Assembly (NCBI GenBank): GCA_000437915.1
Contig: FR901000.1
Span: 119,244 to 183,243 of the forward strand
Source of the DNA: Subdoligranulum sp. CAG:314
GTDB lineage: Bacteria; Bacillota; Clostridia; Christensenellales; CAG-314
Reading direction: 5' to 3'
Length of the DNA: 64,000 nucleotides
Under the pieces are notes generated by a model. The model was not told the DNA's origin. It searched no databases and saw only the letters and a list, made by a program, of their open reading frames with translations. Positions 55,086 through 64,000 of the stretch are shown one piece after another (the first letter of the stretch is position 1; every line of letters begins with the position of its first letter). Position numbers and translations under genes: made by a program.

Positions 55086-56336
55086 ATGGAAACAAAAAAC
55101 AAGCTTTTCGCCGACGTTTCCGCAAAGGACTGGAACGATTGGCGCTGGCAGGTTCGCAACCGCATAGAAACGCTTGACGACCTGAAAAAATACATAAAGC
55201 TCACCCCCGAGGAGGAGGAAGGCGTCGCGCGCTGTCTCGAAAGCCTGCGCATGGCAATCACCCCCTACTACCTCTCGCTGATAGATTTGGAAAATCCGTT
55301 CGACCCCGTGCGCCTGCAAGCAGTGCCCACCGCCAAAGAGCTGCACCGCTCCGACGCCGACTTGCTCGACCCTCTGCACGAGGATACCGACAGCCCCGTG
55401 CCGGGACTTACGCACCGCTATCCCGACCGCGTGCTCATACTCGTCACCGACCAATGCTCCATGTACTGCCGCCACTGCACGCGCAGACGCTTTGCGGGAC
55501 AAAAGGACTGCGAGGTGCAGACAAACAGAATAGACAAATATATCGAGTACGTTGCGGCGCACCCCGAAGTGCGCGACGTGCTGCTCTCGGGCGGCGACGC
55601 GCTGCTGCTTTCCGACGAAAAGCTCGAAAGCATAATCAGCCGCCTGCGCGCCATTCCGCACGTGGAAATTATCCGCATAGGCAGCCGCACTCCCGTCGTC
55701 ATGCCCCAACGCATAACGCCCGAACTGTGCGCCATGCTGAAAAAATATCATCCCGTGTGGCTGAACACCCACTTCAACCATCCAAACGAAATCACTCCCG
55801 ATTCACGTCGCGCCTGCGAAATGCTTGCTGACGCGGGTATACCTCTCGGAAACCAAAGCGTGCTGCTTGCAGGCGTCAACGACTGCGTTCACGTCATGAA
55901 ACGGCTGGTTCACGAGCTGGTCAAAATAAGAGTGAGACCTTATTACATTTATCAGTGCGACCTGAGCATGGGCTTGGAGCACTTCCGCACGCCCGTTTCC
56001 AAGGGAATCGAAATCATAGAAGCTCTGCGCGGACACACAAGCGGCTTTGCGGTGCCCACCTTCGTCGTGGACGCGCCCGGCGGCGGCGGCAAAATCCCCG
56101 TCATGCCGGAGTATCTCATATCCATGTCCCCCGACAAGGTAATCCTGCGCAATTTCGAGGGCGTCATCACTACGTACAGTCAGCCCGTTCATTACGAAAA
56201 CGTGTGCCGCTGCCCCGACTGCACCGCAAAAGAAAAGAAAAAACTCATAGGAGTTGCGGGGCTGGAACAAGGTCAGGCTCTCTCCCTCGAACCGACGGGA
56301 CTTTTGAGAAACGACAGACACGTAAAGGAGGGCTGA
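55086..56336 (+). CDS. kamA: L-lysine 2,3-aminomutase (radical SAM)
   Basis: 416 aa from METKNKLF. W.DWRWQ..NRI N-terminus. CSMYCRHCTRRR radical-SAM cluster motif. Confidence 0.9.
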   Translation: METKNKLFADVSAKDWNDWRWQVRNRIETLDDLKKYIKLTPEEEEGVARCLESLRMAITPYYLSLIDLENPFDPVRLQAVPTAKELHRSDADLLDPLHEDTDSPVPGLTHRYPDRVLILVTDQCSMYCRHCTRRRFAGQKDCEVQTNRIDKYIEYVAAHPEVRDVLLSGGDALLLSDEKLESIISRLRAIPHVEIIRIGSRTPVVMPQRITPELCAMLKKYHPVWLNTHFNHPNEITPDSRRACEMLADAGIPLGNQSVLLAGVNDCVHVMKRLVHELVKIRVRPYYIYQCDLSMGLEHFRTPVSKGIEIIEALRGHTSGFAVPTFVVDAPGGGGKIPVMPEYLISMSPDKVILRNFEGVITTYSQPVHYENVCRCPDCTAKEKKKLIGVAGLEQGQALSLEPTGLLRNDRHVKEG

Positions 56337-57914
56337 ATGAGAAACAAGCTCGGACTCGACAAAGACGTAATTGCAAGGGCGCGGCATTTTGCCCGCAATA
56401 TTGCCGCGGACACGCAAAGCTATATCGACCTTCACACCACAGTCGCCGTTGAGCGCACCGTTTTGAGGCTGCTCGGCGTAAACGGTGTGGACGCAAACGA
56501 CGTGCCGATGCCCAACGTGGTTGTGGAGCACATGACAAACAGAGGGCTGCTCGCGCACGGCGCGGCAATCGCCGTCGGCAGCGCGGTTTACGATACGGGA
56601 AAAGCTCCGCAAAAAATCGCCGAGGAAATTTCGGCGGGGACAATCGACCTGGCCAAAATCCCCCTGCTCGACGCGGAAAAAGCGCGCGTCGCGCTTGCGC
56701 CCCATGTCGTAAAATCCGTCAGAAAAATCAACGGCAACGTAAGAAAACGCAAAAAATTTCTTAAAGAATACGGAGACAAAACAGGTCCCTATCTTTACAT
56801 AATAGTCGCGACGGGCAACATATACGAGGACATCGTTCAGGCGAAAGCCGCCGCCAAGCAGGGCGCGGACATCATCGCGGTGATAAGAACCACAGGGCAG
56901 AGTCTGTTGGACTACGTCCCCTACGGCGCGACGACGGAAGGCTTCGGCGGAACCTACGCCACACAGGAAAATTTCCGTCTCATGCGCGCCGCTCTGGACG
57001 AGGTGGGAGCGGAGCAAAAGCGCTACATCCGTCTGTGCAACTACTGTTCGGGGCTGTGTATGCCTGAAATAGCCGCAATGGGCGCTCTGGAAAGACTGGA
57101 CGTAATGCTAAACGACGCGCTTTACGGAATTTTATTCCGCGACATAAACATGAAGCGCACCATAGTAGACCAATTCTTTTCGCGCGTCATCAACGGATAT
57201 GCGGGAGTCATTATCAACACGGGCGAGGACAACTATCTGACCACCGCCGACGCCGTAAAGGAAGCGCACACCGTGCTCGCCTCGCAGTTTCTCAACGAGC
57301 AGTTTGCCGCCTTTGCAGGCATCCCCGAGGAGCAGATGGGTTTGGGGCACGCCTTTGAAATCGACCCCTCCGTCAAAAACGGCTTTTTGATGGAGCTTGC
57401 TCAGGCGCAGATGGCGCGTGAGATTTTTCCCAAAGCGCCCCTCAAATATATGCCTCCGACAAAGTACATGACGGGAAACATCTTCCGCGGGCACATACAG
57501 GACGCGCTGTTCAACATCGTTACGATAACGACAAACCAAAAGCTGCATTTGCTCGGTATGATGACGGAAGCGTTGCACACGCCTTTTATGTCAGACCGCG
57601 CGCTTGCAATAGAAAACGCTCAGTACGTTTTCAACACCATGGCGGATTTGGGAAAAGAAATCGAGTTCAAAAAAGGCGGATTTATGCAGCAACGCGCGCA
57701 AAGCGTGCTTGCCAAAACCGTTTCGCTGTTGGAAGAAATCGAGCGCAACACGCTGTTTGTCTCCCTCTCGCGCGGAGTGTTTGCGGACATAAAACGTCCG
57801 CCCGACGGCGGCAAGGGGCTTGACGGAGTCGTCGCAAAGGAAGACGACTATTTCAACCCCTTCATCGAAATTTTCCTCAAAAACAAAACGGCGGACAAGG
57901 AGGAAGCGAAATGA
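56337..57914 (+). CDS. kamD: Lysine 5,6-aminomutase alpha subunit
   Basis: 525 aa, directly abutting the kamA stop. Family-typical N-terminus (LGLD...I..AR..A..IA.D). Confidence 0.85.
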   Translation: MRNKLGLDKDVIARARHFARNIAADTQSYIDLHTTVAVERTVLRLLGVNGVDANDVPMPNVVVEHMTNRGLLAHGAAIAVGSAVYDTGKAPQKIAEEISAGTIDLAKIPLLDAEKARVALAPHVVKSVRKINGNVRKRKKFLKEYGDKTGPYLYIIVATGNIYEDIVQAKAAAKQGADIIAVIRTTGQSLLDYVPYGATTEGFGGTYATQENFRLMRAALDEVGAEQKRYIRLCNYCSGLCMPEIAAMGALERLDVMLNDALYGILFRDINMKRTIVDQFFSRVINGYAGVIINTGEDNYLTTADAVKEAHTVLASQFLNEQFAAFAGIPEEQMGLGHAFEIDPSVKNGFLMELAQAQMAREIFPKAPLKYMPPTKYMTGNIFRGHIQDALFNIVTITTNQKLHLLGMMTEALHTPFMSDRALAIENAQYVFNTMADLGKEIEFKKGGFMQQRAQSVLAKTVSLLEEIERNTLFVSLSRGVFADIKRPPDGGKGLDGVVAKEDDYFNPFIEIFLKNKTADKEEAK

Positions 57915-58699
57915 GCGGCGGACTTTACAATACCTCCAACAAAAAATTCGACACCACTCTCAACCTCAAAGAGCTGCGCCCCTACGGCGACACAATGAAC
58001 GACGGAAAGGTTCAGATGAGCTTCACTCTGCCCGTAAAAAACGACGACAAGGGGCAGGAGGCGGCGATTCAGCTTGCCAAAAAAATGGGACTCAACGAGC
58101 CTTCGGTGGCGTGCGCCAAGACGTTGGACGAGGAATTTACCTTTTACATCGTTTACGGCGAATGCGCGTATTCCGTCGACTACACCTCCATTTCCGTGCA
58201 GACGGTGGACAACGACGTCATGAGCATGGAGGAAACGGACGAATTTATCAGAGAAAATTTCGGCCGCAAGCTTGTGGTTGTAGGCGCTTCCACGGGGACC
58301 GACGCGCACACCGTCGGTATAGACGCCATTATGAACCGCAAGGGCTTTGCAGGACACTACGGACTCGAACGCTACGATATGATAGAGGCATACAATATGG
58401 GCAGTCAGGTGCCCAACGAGGAATTTATCGCCAAAGCCAAAGAACTCAAAGCCGACATACTGCTTGTAAGTCAGACTGTCACGCAAAAGGGAATACATAT
58501 CGAAAATCTAACCAATCTCGTGGAGCTTATGGAGGCGGAGCACCTGCGCGACAAGGTGGTGCTTTGCTGCGGCGGCGCAAGAATCACGCACGAGCTTGCA
58601 AAGGAGTTGGGCTACGACGCGGGCTTCGGTCCGGGCAAATATGCCGACGACGTAATTTCTTTCGCCGTGAACGAAATGCTTAAACGCGGCATGAAATAA
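57911..58699 (+). CDS. kamE: Lysine 5,6-aminomutase beta subunit (cobalamin-binding)
   Basis: 262 aa. ATGA overlap with kamD. B12-binding DxHxxG motif (TDAHTVGID). Confidence 0.85.
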   Translation: MSGGLYNTSNKKFDTTLNLKELRPYGDTMNDGKVQMSFTLPVKNDDKGQEAAIQLAKKMGLNEPSVACAKTLDEEFTFYIVYGECAYSVDYTSISVQTVDNDVMSMEETDEFIRENFGRKLVVVGASTGTDAHTVGIDAIMNRKGFAGHYGLERYDMIEAYNMGSQVPNEEFIAKAKELKADILLVSQTVTQKGIHIENLTNLVELMEAEHLRDKVVLCCGGARITHELAKELGYDAGFGPGKYADDVISFAVNEMLKRGMK

Positions 58700-58716
58700 T
58701 TCAAAGGAGACAAAAA

Positions 58717-59379
58717 ATGAAAAACAAACTCACAACGCCCGACGAATTTGCCGCCCTGATAAACGATGGCGACGAAATCATGTACGGCGGCTTTCTCGGA
58801 GTGGGCACCCCCGACTCCATTGTGGACGCAATTATCAGAAAGGGAGTCAAGGACCTGACGGTCATAGGCAACGACACCTCAGTTCCCAACCGCGGCATAG
58901 CCAAGCTGATTGAGCGCAAAATGGTCAAAAAGGTCATAACCTCGCACGTGGGCACCAACCCGCAGACAGGCGCCCAAATGACGGCAGGCACCCTCGAGGT
59001 GTGTCTCGTGCCGCAGGGCACGCTGATAGAACGAATCAGAGCGGGCGGCTACGGATTGGGCGGCATACTTACGCCTACCGGAGTCGGCACCGAGGTGGCA
59101 AACGGCAAACAGGTGCTCAACGTAAACGGCAAGGATTATCTTCTCGAACTCCCCCTGCGCGCGAGGATAGGCATCATACGCGGCTCCGTGGTGGACGAAC
59201 ACGGAAACGTGTATTACAAGGGCACGACCCGCAACTTCAATCCGTTGGTCGCAATGGCTTGCGACATTGTCGTTGTGGAAGCCGAAAAGCTGCTTAAAAC
59301 GGGAGAAATCGAGCCCGAACACATTATGACTCCGGGTATTCTCGTGGACTACATAGTTGTCGAAGGAGAACAAAAATGA
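58717..59379 (+). CDS. atoD: Acetoacetate/3-oxoacid CoA-transferase subunit A
   Basis: 220 aa. DGD.IM.GGF.G.G.P N-terminus. Confidence 0.85.
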   Translation: MKNKLTTPDEFAALINDGDEIMYGGFLGVGTPDSIVDAIIRKGVKDLTVIGNDTSVPNRGIAKLIERKMVKKVITSHVGTNPQTGAQMTAGTLEVCLVPQGTLIERIRAGGYGLGGILTPTGVGTEVANGKQVLNVNGKDYLLELPLRARIGIIRGSVVDEHGNVYYKGTTRNFNPLVAMACDIVVVEAEKLLKTGEIEPEHIMTPGILVDYIVVEGEQK

Positions 59380-60026
59380 GCGACGTCAAGGAAATCATCG
59401 CAAGACGCGCCGCGCGCGAGCTGCACGACGGCGACATAGTAAATCTCGGTATCGGACTGCCCACATTGGTTACCGATTACCTCGACTCCGACATAGAGGT
59501 CATTCTGCAATCGGAAAACGGCATCTTGGGCATGAAGGGCGCGGCGGAGCCGCACGAAATCAATCCCGACGTAACAAACGCGGGAGGCTCGCACGTGAGC
59601 GTTCATAAATTCGCAAGCTTTTTCGACTCCGCGACCTCTTTCGGTTTCATCAGGGGCGGGCACGTGGACGTGACAATCCTCGGAGCCTTGCAGGTGGACA
59701 GGGACGGCTCTTTGGCAAGCCACATAGTGCCGGGCAAAATGGTGCCGGGCATGGGCGGAGCAATGGACCTTGTGGCAGGCGCGAAAAACGTGATTGTCGT
59801 CATGACACACACCGCCAAGGGCGACGCTCCCAAAATACTTGAAAAATGCACTCTGCCTCTCACGGCTTACAAAAAGGTGAACCGCATTATAACCGAGCTT
59901 GCCGTCATCGACGTAACGGCGGACGGACTTGTTTTGAGGGAAATAAACAAAAACACCACTGTGGAAGACGTTGTACGTCTGACCGAGGCAAAGCTCGTTA
60001 TCCCCGAAAATATCGGAACCTTTTGA
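59376..60026 (+). CDS. atoA: Acetoacetate/3-oxoacid CoA-transferase subunit B
   Basis: 216 aa. Catalytic SENG motif (LQSENGILG). ATGA overlap with subunit A. Confidence 0.85.
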   Translation: MSDVKEIIARRAARELHDGDIVNLGIGLPTLVTDYLDSDIEVILQSENGILGMKGAAEPHEINPDVTNAGGSHVSVHKFASFFDSATSFGFIRGGHVDVTILGALQVDRDGSLASHIVPGKMVPGMGGAMDLVAGAKNVIVVMTHTAKGDAPKILEKCTLPLTAYKKVNRIITELAVIDVTADGLVLREINKNTTVEDVVRLTEAKLVIPENIGTF

Positions 60027-60056
60027 GTAAAAGGAAATCTTTTGAGTAAACAAAAA

Positions 60057-60087
60057 CAGCAGACGCTTATGCGTCTGCTGTTTTTTT
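60057..60087. terminator. Bidirectional terminator between convergent operons
   Basis: CAGCAGACGC-TTAT-GCGTCTGCTG followed by T7. Confidence 0.8.
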
Positions 60088-60103
60088 ATTTTTATTTCTC
60101 GAC

Positions 60104-63100
60104 CTAACTTTGAGCTATGTACCAATCGCCGCCCTGTCCGTAAGTCACAAACAACGACACGAGACTTTGATTGTTGCCGCCGAGGAGGGCTCCCGCTCTC
60201 GTCACAATTTCCATCAGCTGCTGTCCGTCGGCAAGTTTGAATCCCTCTTGGAATGCCTTTAAAGTCACCGCGTTGCTGTTTCCGCCGTTTGCCAAAACCG
60301 CCGCCGCAAAGTCACTCCAAATGCTGTAAGCGCCGACGGGGAAACCGAACATTCCGTCGCTTATTCTTTGGTCCGTTCCGTCGGTATACCAGCCGTTCTC
60401 TCTCATGAAAGACACGCTGTTGTCGCCGTCCACAAAAGTAAGTTTAACTCTCGAAGTATTCACCGTCCCGTTGTCCCAATTTTGGTCGGCAGGTTTGAAC
60501 GCTATGGCAAAGTTGAATATCTCCTCGTTGTTATTCTTTTTGAGCATGCTGTAACCCAATTGGCTGACGCTTGCCTGCGCCGCGGATTTAAGCTGCGCCG
60601 CAAGCTGAGACGCGCCGTAAGCGGCGAACCAGGCTTCGTTGCCCGTTTTCCAGTTGTTGATTTTTGTGTTTTTTATGACAAGCTCGGGGTTTCTTTCGTT
60701 GCTGTTGTCGCAGTCTTCAATATGAATCGCCCCGCCGAAGCTATTGCCGAAATCGCAGCCGTCCAAAGTTATTTTCGCATTGCTCCATCCGTACAGACTG
60801 CTCTGCCAGTTGTTGTCGGCAAAACAATCGACAATAGATATTTCCCTCGTCACTTCGTTGGTGTCGAAATAATAAGCTATGCTGAAATTGTTGGCGTACA
60901 CGTTGTTCAGATTGGCGTCGGCGTCTCTCGTCAAAATACCGGCATGACCGCCGCTGTGCTCCGTTATATCCTCGTTGTTGCCCTTCATTTCGCTGTTGCC
61001 TATTATATGGAGGTTGTTGTAATTGGTGACTATCTCGGCGTTTTCAAACGCTCCTCCCCTCGCTCCGAAGTTGTAGACGACAAACAAACCGATTTGTATG
61101 GTCTGTACGTCCATATCGCCCATAGGTTTGCCCTGTCCCGGAGTTGTGTTTTCGGATTCCTGACTCCATTTGATTCTCGGAACAAGCAGATTGCCGCTTT
61201 CGTCCTTTTTGCTCGCGTCCACGGTGAAGAAGTTGCCGTTGAGCGTGAACGTGTCGTCGGCGGTGACAACTCTGTGGTAAACGCTGCCCTCGGGCTTGTC
61301 GGCGTCACTGTAAGGATGGTAGTTTATCGCCGTGCCGTCGGGATTTTTCTGGTCGGCGGCAAGTTCTGCCGTTATGTCGCCGTGCAGGTTGATAATGTGC
61401 ACGGAAGAGTCGTTAAAATTCTTTTTGAGTCCGTCGTGGTCATAGACGTTGACTCCGTCGTTGAGCTTGAACTCAATCCTGACGGTATAGTCGGCTGCAT
61501 TTTCGTTCTGTTCTCTTGTCAGATATTTGGGTCTGATTGACAGTATCAGAGCGGAATCGATGCTCGTGTCCGCGCTTTGCTTCCACACAAGACGATATTT
61601 GCCGTCCTCGCCTGCAACCACAGTGAAGTAATCCGACGCCTTTATCGGCGCGCCGTCTTTTCTTTCAAGGTCGATTGTCACTTCTATGGAAGCGGAGTCC
61701 TTGCTCAACCTGTCGTGATAGGTAATAAGCTCCGTATCCAAAATGAAATCGTTTCCGACACCCACGTTGTAGTCTCCTTCCTTTTTGAGGAAAATACTGT
61801 TTTCGCCCGTGTTGTCTCTGAACGCTTCGATGGTGTCGCCCGCAATAAAGGACGCCGCCTGCTCGACGAATTTGGCTTTTATCTCTACGCCGTTGGCAGT
61901 GGGTATTGTGATTGAGCCGACAGCCTTGTTTATCGTCAACGTATTGTCGTTGTCGCCGCTCACCGAATAATGCTCGTTGCCTTTTTCGGTAAAGGTGTAG
62001 GAATCGAAACGATAAGTAGTGCCGACAAAGAAAACGAATACCGTCGTCTGACTGTCGCCGCTGCCTATGCTCTCGCGTATGAGTTTTCCGTCGCCGTCCA
62101 CATAGGATATGTCGGAGTCAAACACGATTTCCGTCTCAAACTCTCCAAGCTCCGTCTTTCTTCCGTTTCCCTCCACAGCGGTAATAATAAGTTTGTGAGC
62201 GCCCGGCGTGAGCACGATCTGAGTGGTGTTGAGCGAATACGTCGCGACGCCTGCCGCTATTGTCGCTCGGGAAACTCTCGCGCTTTCGGAATCGAATCTC
62301 ACCTCGTAATAATTCACGTTGGAGTCGGCGTTCCACGTCCACACGAAATTGTCTCCGTTGATTTCATAGTCTCCTATTTCGGGCAGCGCCACGAACTGCG
62401 CGTAAACGCTGACATAGGAGCTTATCCCTTCGTTGACGAACGTATCGCTCAAAAACTCTGCCGCCACCGTCCAGAAAGAGAAAACGTACCCTGTTTTTGA
62501 AGGATTGGCGGGAAGAGTTACCTTTCCGTCCTCAACCTTGACGGCGGCAATCAACGTTCCGTCGACGTTTCTGAACCAGACGTAAGGCGCGTCGGCGTCA
62601 AACTCCAATTCAACCTCCTCAGACTTTATTCCGCCTGCAACGGTGTAAACCGTTACCGTATGCTTGCCTGCGGAAAGCGAACGCACAACGAAGCCCGTGC
62701 CGTCTGCCTGTGCAAAGTTGAGCATATTGTCCAGCTTGTACCAATATTCCTCTATGCCGTCTATTGCGTCCCAGCTTATCGTAGCGCTCGTTGCGTCGAA
62801 GGAAACGGATTGGGGAGCAGCGGGTCTTTCCGTCCACTGCGCGTAAACGACAATATACTCGGTTATATTGCTTGGGTTAAAAACATGTTCACCCGCCTCG
62901 TCCGTCGTCCATTTGTCAAACACGTAGCCTGTCTTTGTCGGCTCCTGCGGCAGAAGGATAGTTCCGGAGGAATTGACCACCTTGACGTCATACTCCTTGC
63001 CGTCCACCATAAAGGTCACGGTGACGGAGCTTTCGCCTATAACCGAATAAGTAAAGTTATATACGGCTTTTTCCGACCTGAGAGCCTCGCCGTCCACCTC

Positions 63101-64000
63101 GTTGACCGACATTGTCACAATTTCAACGGTATATTCCGTTCCGTCCGTCAAGCCTTGGGGCAGAGCAAAGGAATACGCGCTTTGTCCCTCGACAAAGTCG
63201 ATTGTCGTTTCCTTTCCGTCAAAACTCACGACAAAGCTTGCCGCGTCGCCGCCCGTATAATTCCACTCGATTGTCTGAGTATTGGCTACGTACCTCGGGG
63301 ACACGGTTTGGGGCAGCTTTTTGAACTGCGCGTATACGCTCAGACTCTCGACAAGGTCGCGGTTTTCAAAGGGAATGTTTCCCTCTTTGTCCGTCGTCCA
63401 GCCTGCAAAGGCATAGCCTTTTTCCGTCGGCTGGGCAGGCAATTTTACCTCGCCTTCGACAATTTCCACTATTCTCCACATTTCGTCGCCCACAAAGAAG
63501 CTGACGTACTGCTTGGGCTGCTCGCGGTTGACGTAAAAGGACAGGTTTGCCGTCTGTGAGGAATATTTGTTTTCCTTGGCGGTGACCTTAAAGGTGTGCG
63601 TGCCGTTGAGCATGTTTGCAGGCAGGTCGTAAGTCGTGTTTACGACAAGCTGCTCGGAGTTGTCGTCAAGCTGAATCATATAACCCGTTGCGCCGGAAAC
63701 CGCCGTCCAGGACACCGTATGTGTGTCGGGGTCGTAGGCAAGGTTGGCGGGCATGGCGGGCAGCCTGTGCCACTTTGCGTAAACGACTACGTTCTGCGTG
63801 TAGGTCTTGGTGGGGTCGAAAACATTTTGACCCTCTTTGTCCGTCGTCCAGGCTTCAAGAGCAAAGCCGTCCTTTGACAGTTCGAGCAGAGTCATGTCGG
63901 GTTTTATTTCCGCCTCGCCCACGGTTATGTATTCTTCAACGCTGTCGTCCGTTTCGTACTTGGGATTGATATCCTTGTAGATGACCTTTACAGCGGGGTC
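60104..64000 (-). CDS. Giant surface protein (5' end outside the window) with alternating Flg_new and FN3-like modules followed by a right-handed beta-helix-like domain
   Basis: The frame stays open to the window edge: I translated 63923-64000 as DPAVKVIYKDINPKYETDDSVEEYIT with no stop. The GTG at 63922 in the ORF track is therefore internal. The C-terminal part carries NN..I/..GG.I repeats (NLHIIGNS..., GGAIHIEDCD). Confidence 0.75.
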   Translation of the reverse strand, partial: DPAVKVIYKDINPKYETDDSVEEYITVGEAEIKPDMTLLELSKDGFALEAWTTDKEGQNVFDPTKTYTQNVVVYAKWHRLPAMPANLAYDPDTHTVSWTAVSGATGYMIQLDDNSEQLVVNTTYDLPANMLNGTHTFKVTAKENKYSSQTANLSFYVNREQPKQYVSFFVGDEMWRIVEIVEGEVKLPAQPTEKGYAFAGWTTDKEGNIPFENRDLVESLSVYAQFKKLPQTVSPRYVANTQTIEWNYTGGDAASFVVSFDGKETTIDFVEGQSAYSFALPQGLTDGTEYTVEIVTMSVNEVDGEALRSEKAVYNFTYSVIGESSVTVTFMVDGKEYDVKVVNSSGTILLPQEPTKTGYVFDKWTTDEAGEHVFNPSNITEYIVVYAQWTERPAAPQSVSFDATSATISWDAIDGIEEYWYKLDNMLNFAQADGTGFVVRSLSAGKHTVTVYTVAGGIKSEEVELEFDADAPYVWFRNVDGTLIAAVKVEDGKVTLPANPSKTGYVFSFWTVAAEFLSDTFVNEGISSYVSVYAQFVALPEIGDYEINGDNFVWTWNADSNVNYYEVRFDSESARVSRATIAAGVATYSLNTTQIVLTPGAHKLIITAVEGNGRKTELGEFETEIVFDSDISYVDGDGKLIRESIGSGDSQTTVFVFFVGTTYRFDSYTFTEKGNEHYSVSGDNDNTLTINKAVGSITIPTANGVEIKAKFVEQAASFIAGDTIEAFRDNTGENSIFLKKEGDYNVGVGNDFILDTELITYHDRLSKDSASIEVTIDLERKDGAPIKASDYFTVVAGEDGKYRLVWKQSADTSIDSALILSIRPKYLTREQNENAADYTVRIEFKLNDGVNVYDHDGLKKNFNDSSVHIINLHGDITAELAADQKNPDGTAINYHPYSDADKPEGSVYHRVVTADDTFTLNGNFFTVDASKKDESGNLLVPRIKWSQESENTTPGQGKPMGDMDVQTIQIGLFVVYNFGARGGAFENAEIVTNYNNLHIIGNSEMKGNNEDITEHSGGHAGILTRDADANLNNVYANNFSIAYYFDTNEVTREISIVDCFADNNWQSSLYGWSNAKITLDGCDFGNSFGGAIHIEDCDNSNERNPELVIKNTKINNWKTGNEAWFAAYGASQLAAQLKSAAQASVSQLGYSMLKKNNNEEIFNFAIAFKPADQNWDNGTVNTSRVKLTFVDGDNSVSFMRENGWYTDGTDQRISDGMFGFPVGAYSIWSDFAAAVLANGGNSNAVTLKAFQEGFKLADGQQLMEIVTRAGALLGGNNQSLVSLFVTYGQGGDWYIAQS

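Noticed and set aside
1-64000. CRISPR arrays, tRNA/rRNA genes, transposases and IS elements
   Set aside because: Reading all intergenic regions on both strands, I found no regularly spaced direct repeats, no tRNA-like T-arm (GTTCGAATC-type) contexts, and no transposase or integrase-like ORFs.

Overview
This is a chromosomal segment from a moderately high-GC anaerobic Firmicute. Gene content suggests a Clostridia-type gut commensal, but no taxonomic marker lies in the window. Genes are densely packed, with many 4-nt start/stop overlaps. I saw no rRNA, tRNA, CRISPR array, transposase or integrase. In order, the window contains: two ECF-type sigma factors, one followed by a probable anti-sigma protein; a MarR regulator divergent from the first of six Listeria-Bacteroides-repeat / BspA-type LRR surface proteins (five with visible lipoprotein signals), which together occupy roughly a quarter of the window; an XRE regulator; a long minus-strand citDEFXCG (citrate lyase) - aconitase - NADP-isocitrate dehydrogenase array; argS; a deoC-deoD-deoB-cdd-pdp nucleoside catabolism operon; an eight-gene operon behind a cobalamin riboswitch; a Walker-A-less Rad50/SMC-like coiled-coil protein; dnaB(DnaD-domain)/dnaI-like replication genes translationally coupled to an N-acyl amino acid synthase and acyltransferase pair; DegV, MarR and a cytidylate-kinase-like protein; and a complete lysine fermentation operon (kal-kce-kdd-kamA-kamD-kamE-atoD-atoA) behind a consensus promoter, a probable lysine riboswitch and a terminator. 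The strongest candidate for a new system is the riboswitch-gated operon. It combines an LRR lipoprotein, a DUF4430 lipoprotein, an alpha/alpha-toroid membrane protein, a small DUF4430 protein and a dedicated ECF importer (EcfT, fused EcfAA', S component). I read it as a Gram-positive cell-surface corrinoid capture and import system in which the two domains of transcobalamin/intrinsic factor are encoded by separate genes. It lies about 16 kb from the adenosylcobalamin-dependent lysine 5,6-aminomutase genes. All calls come from reading the sequence and translations by eye; no database search was run.
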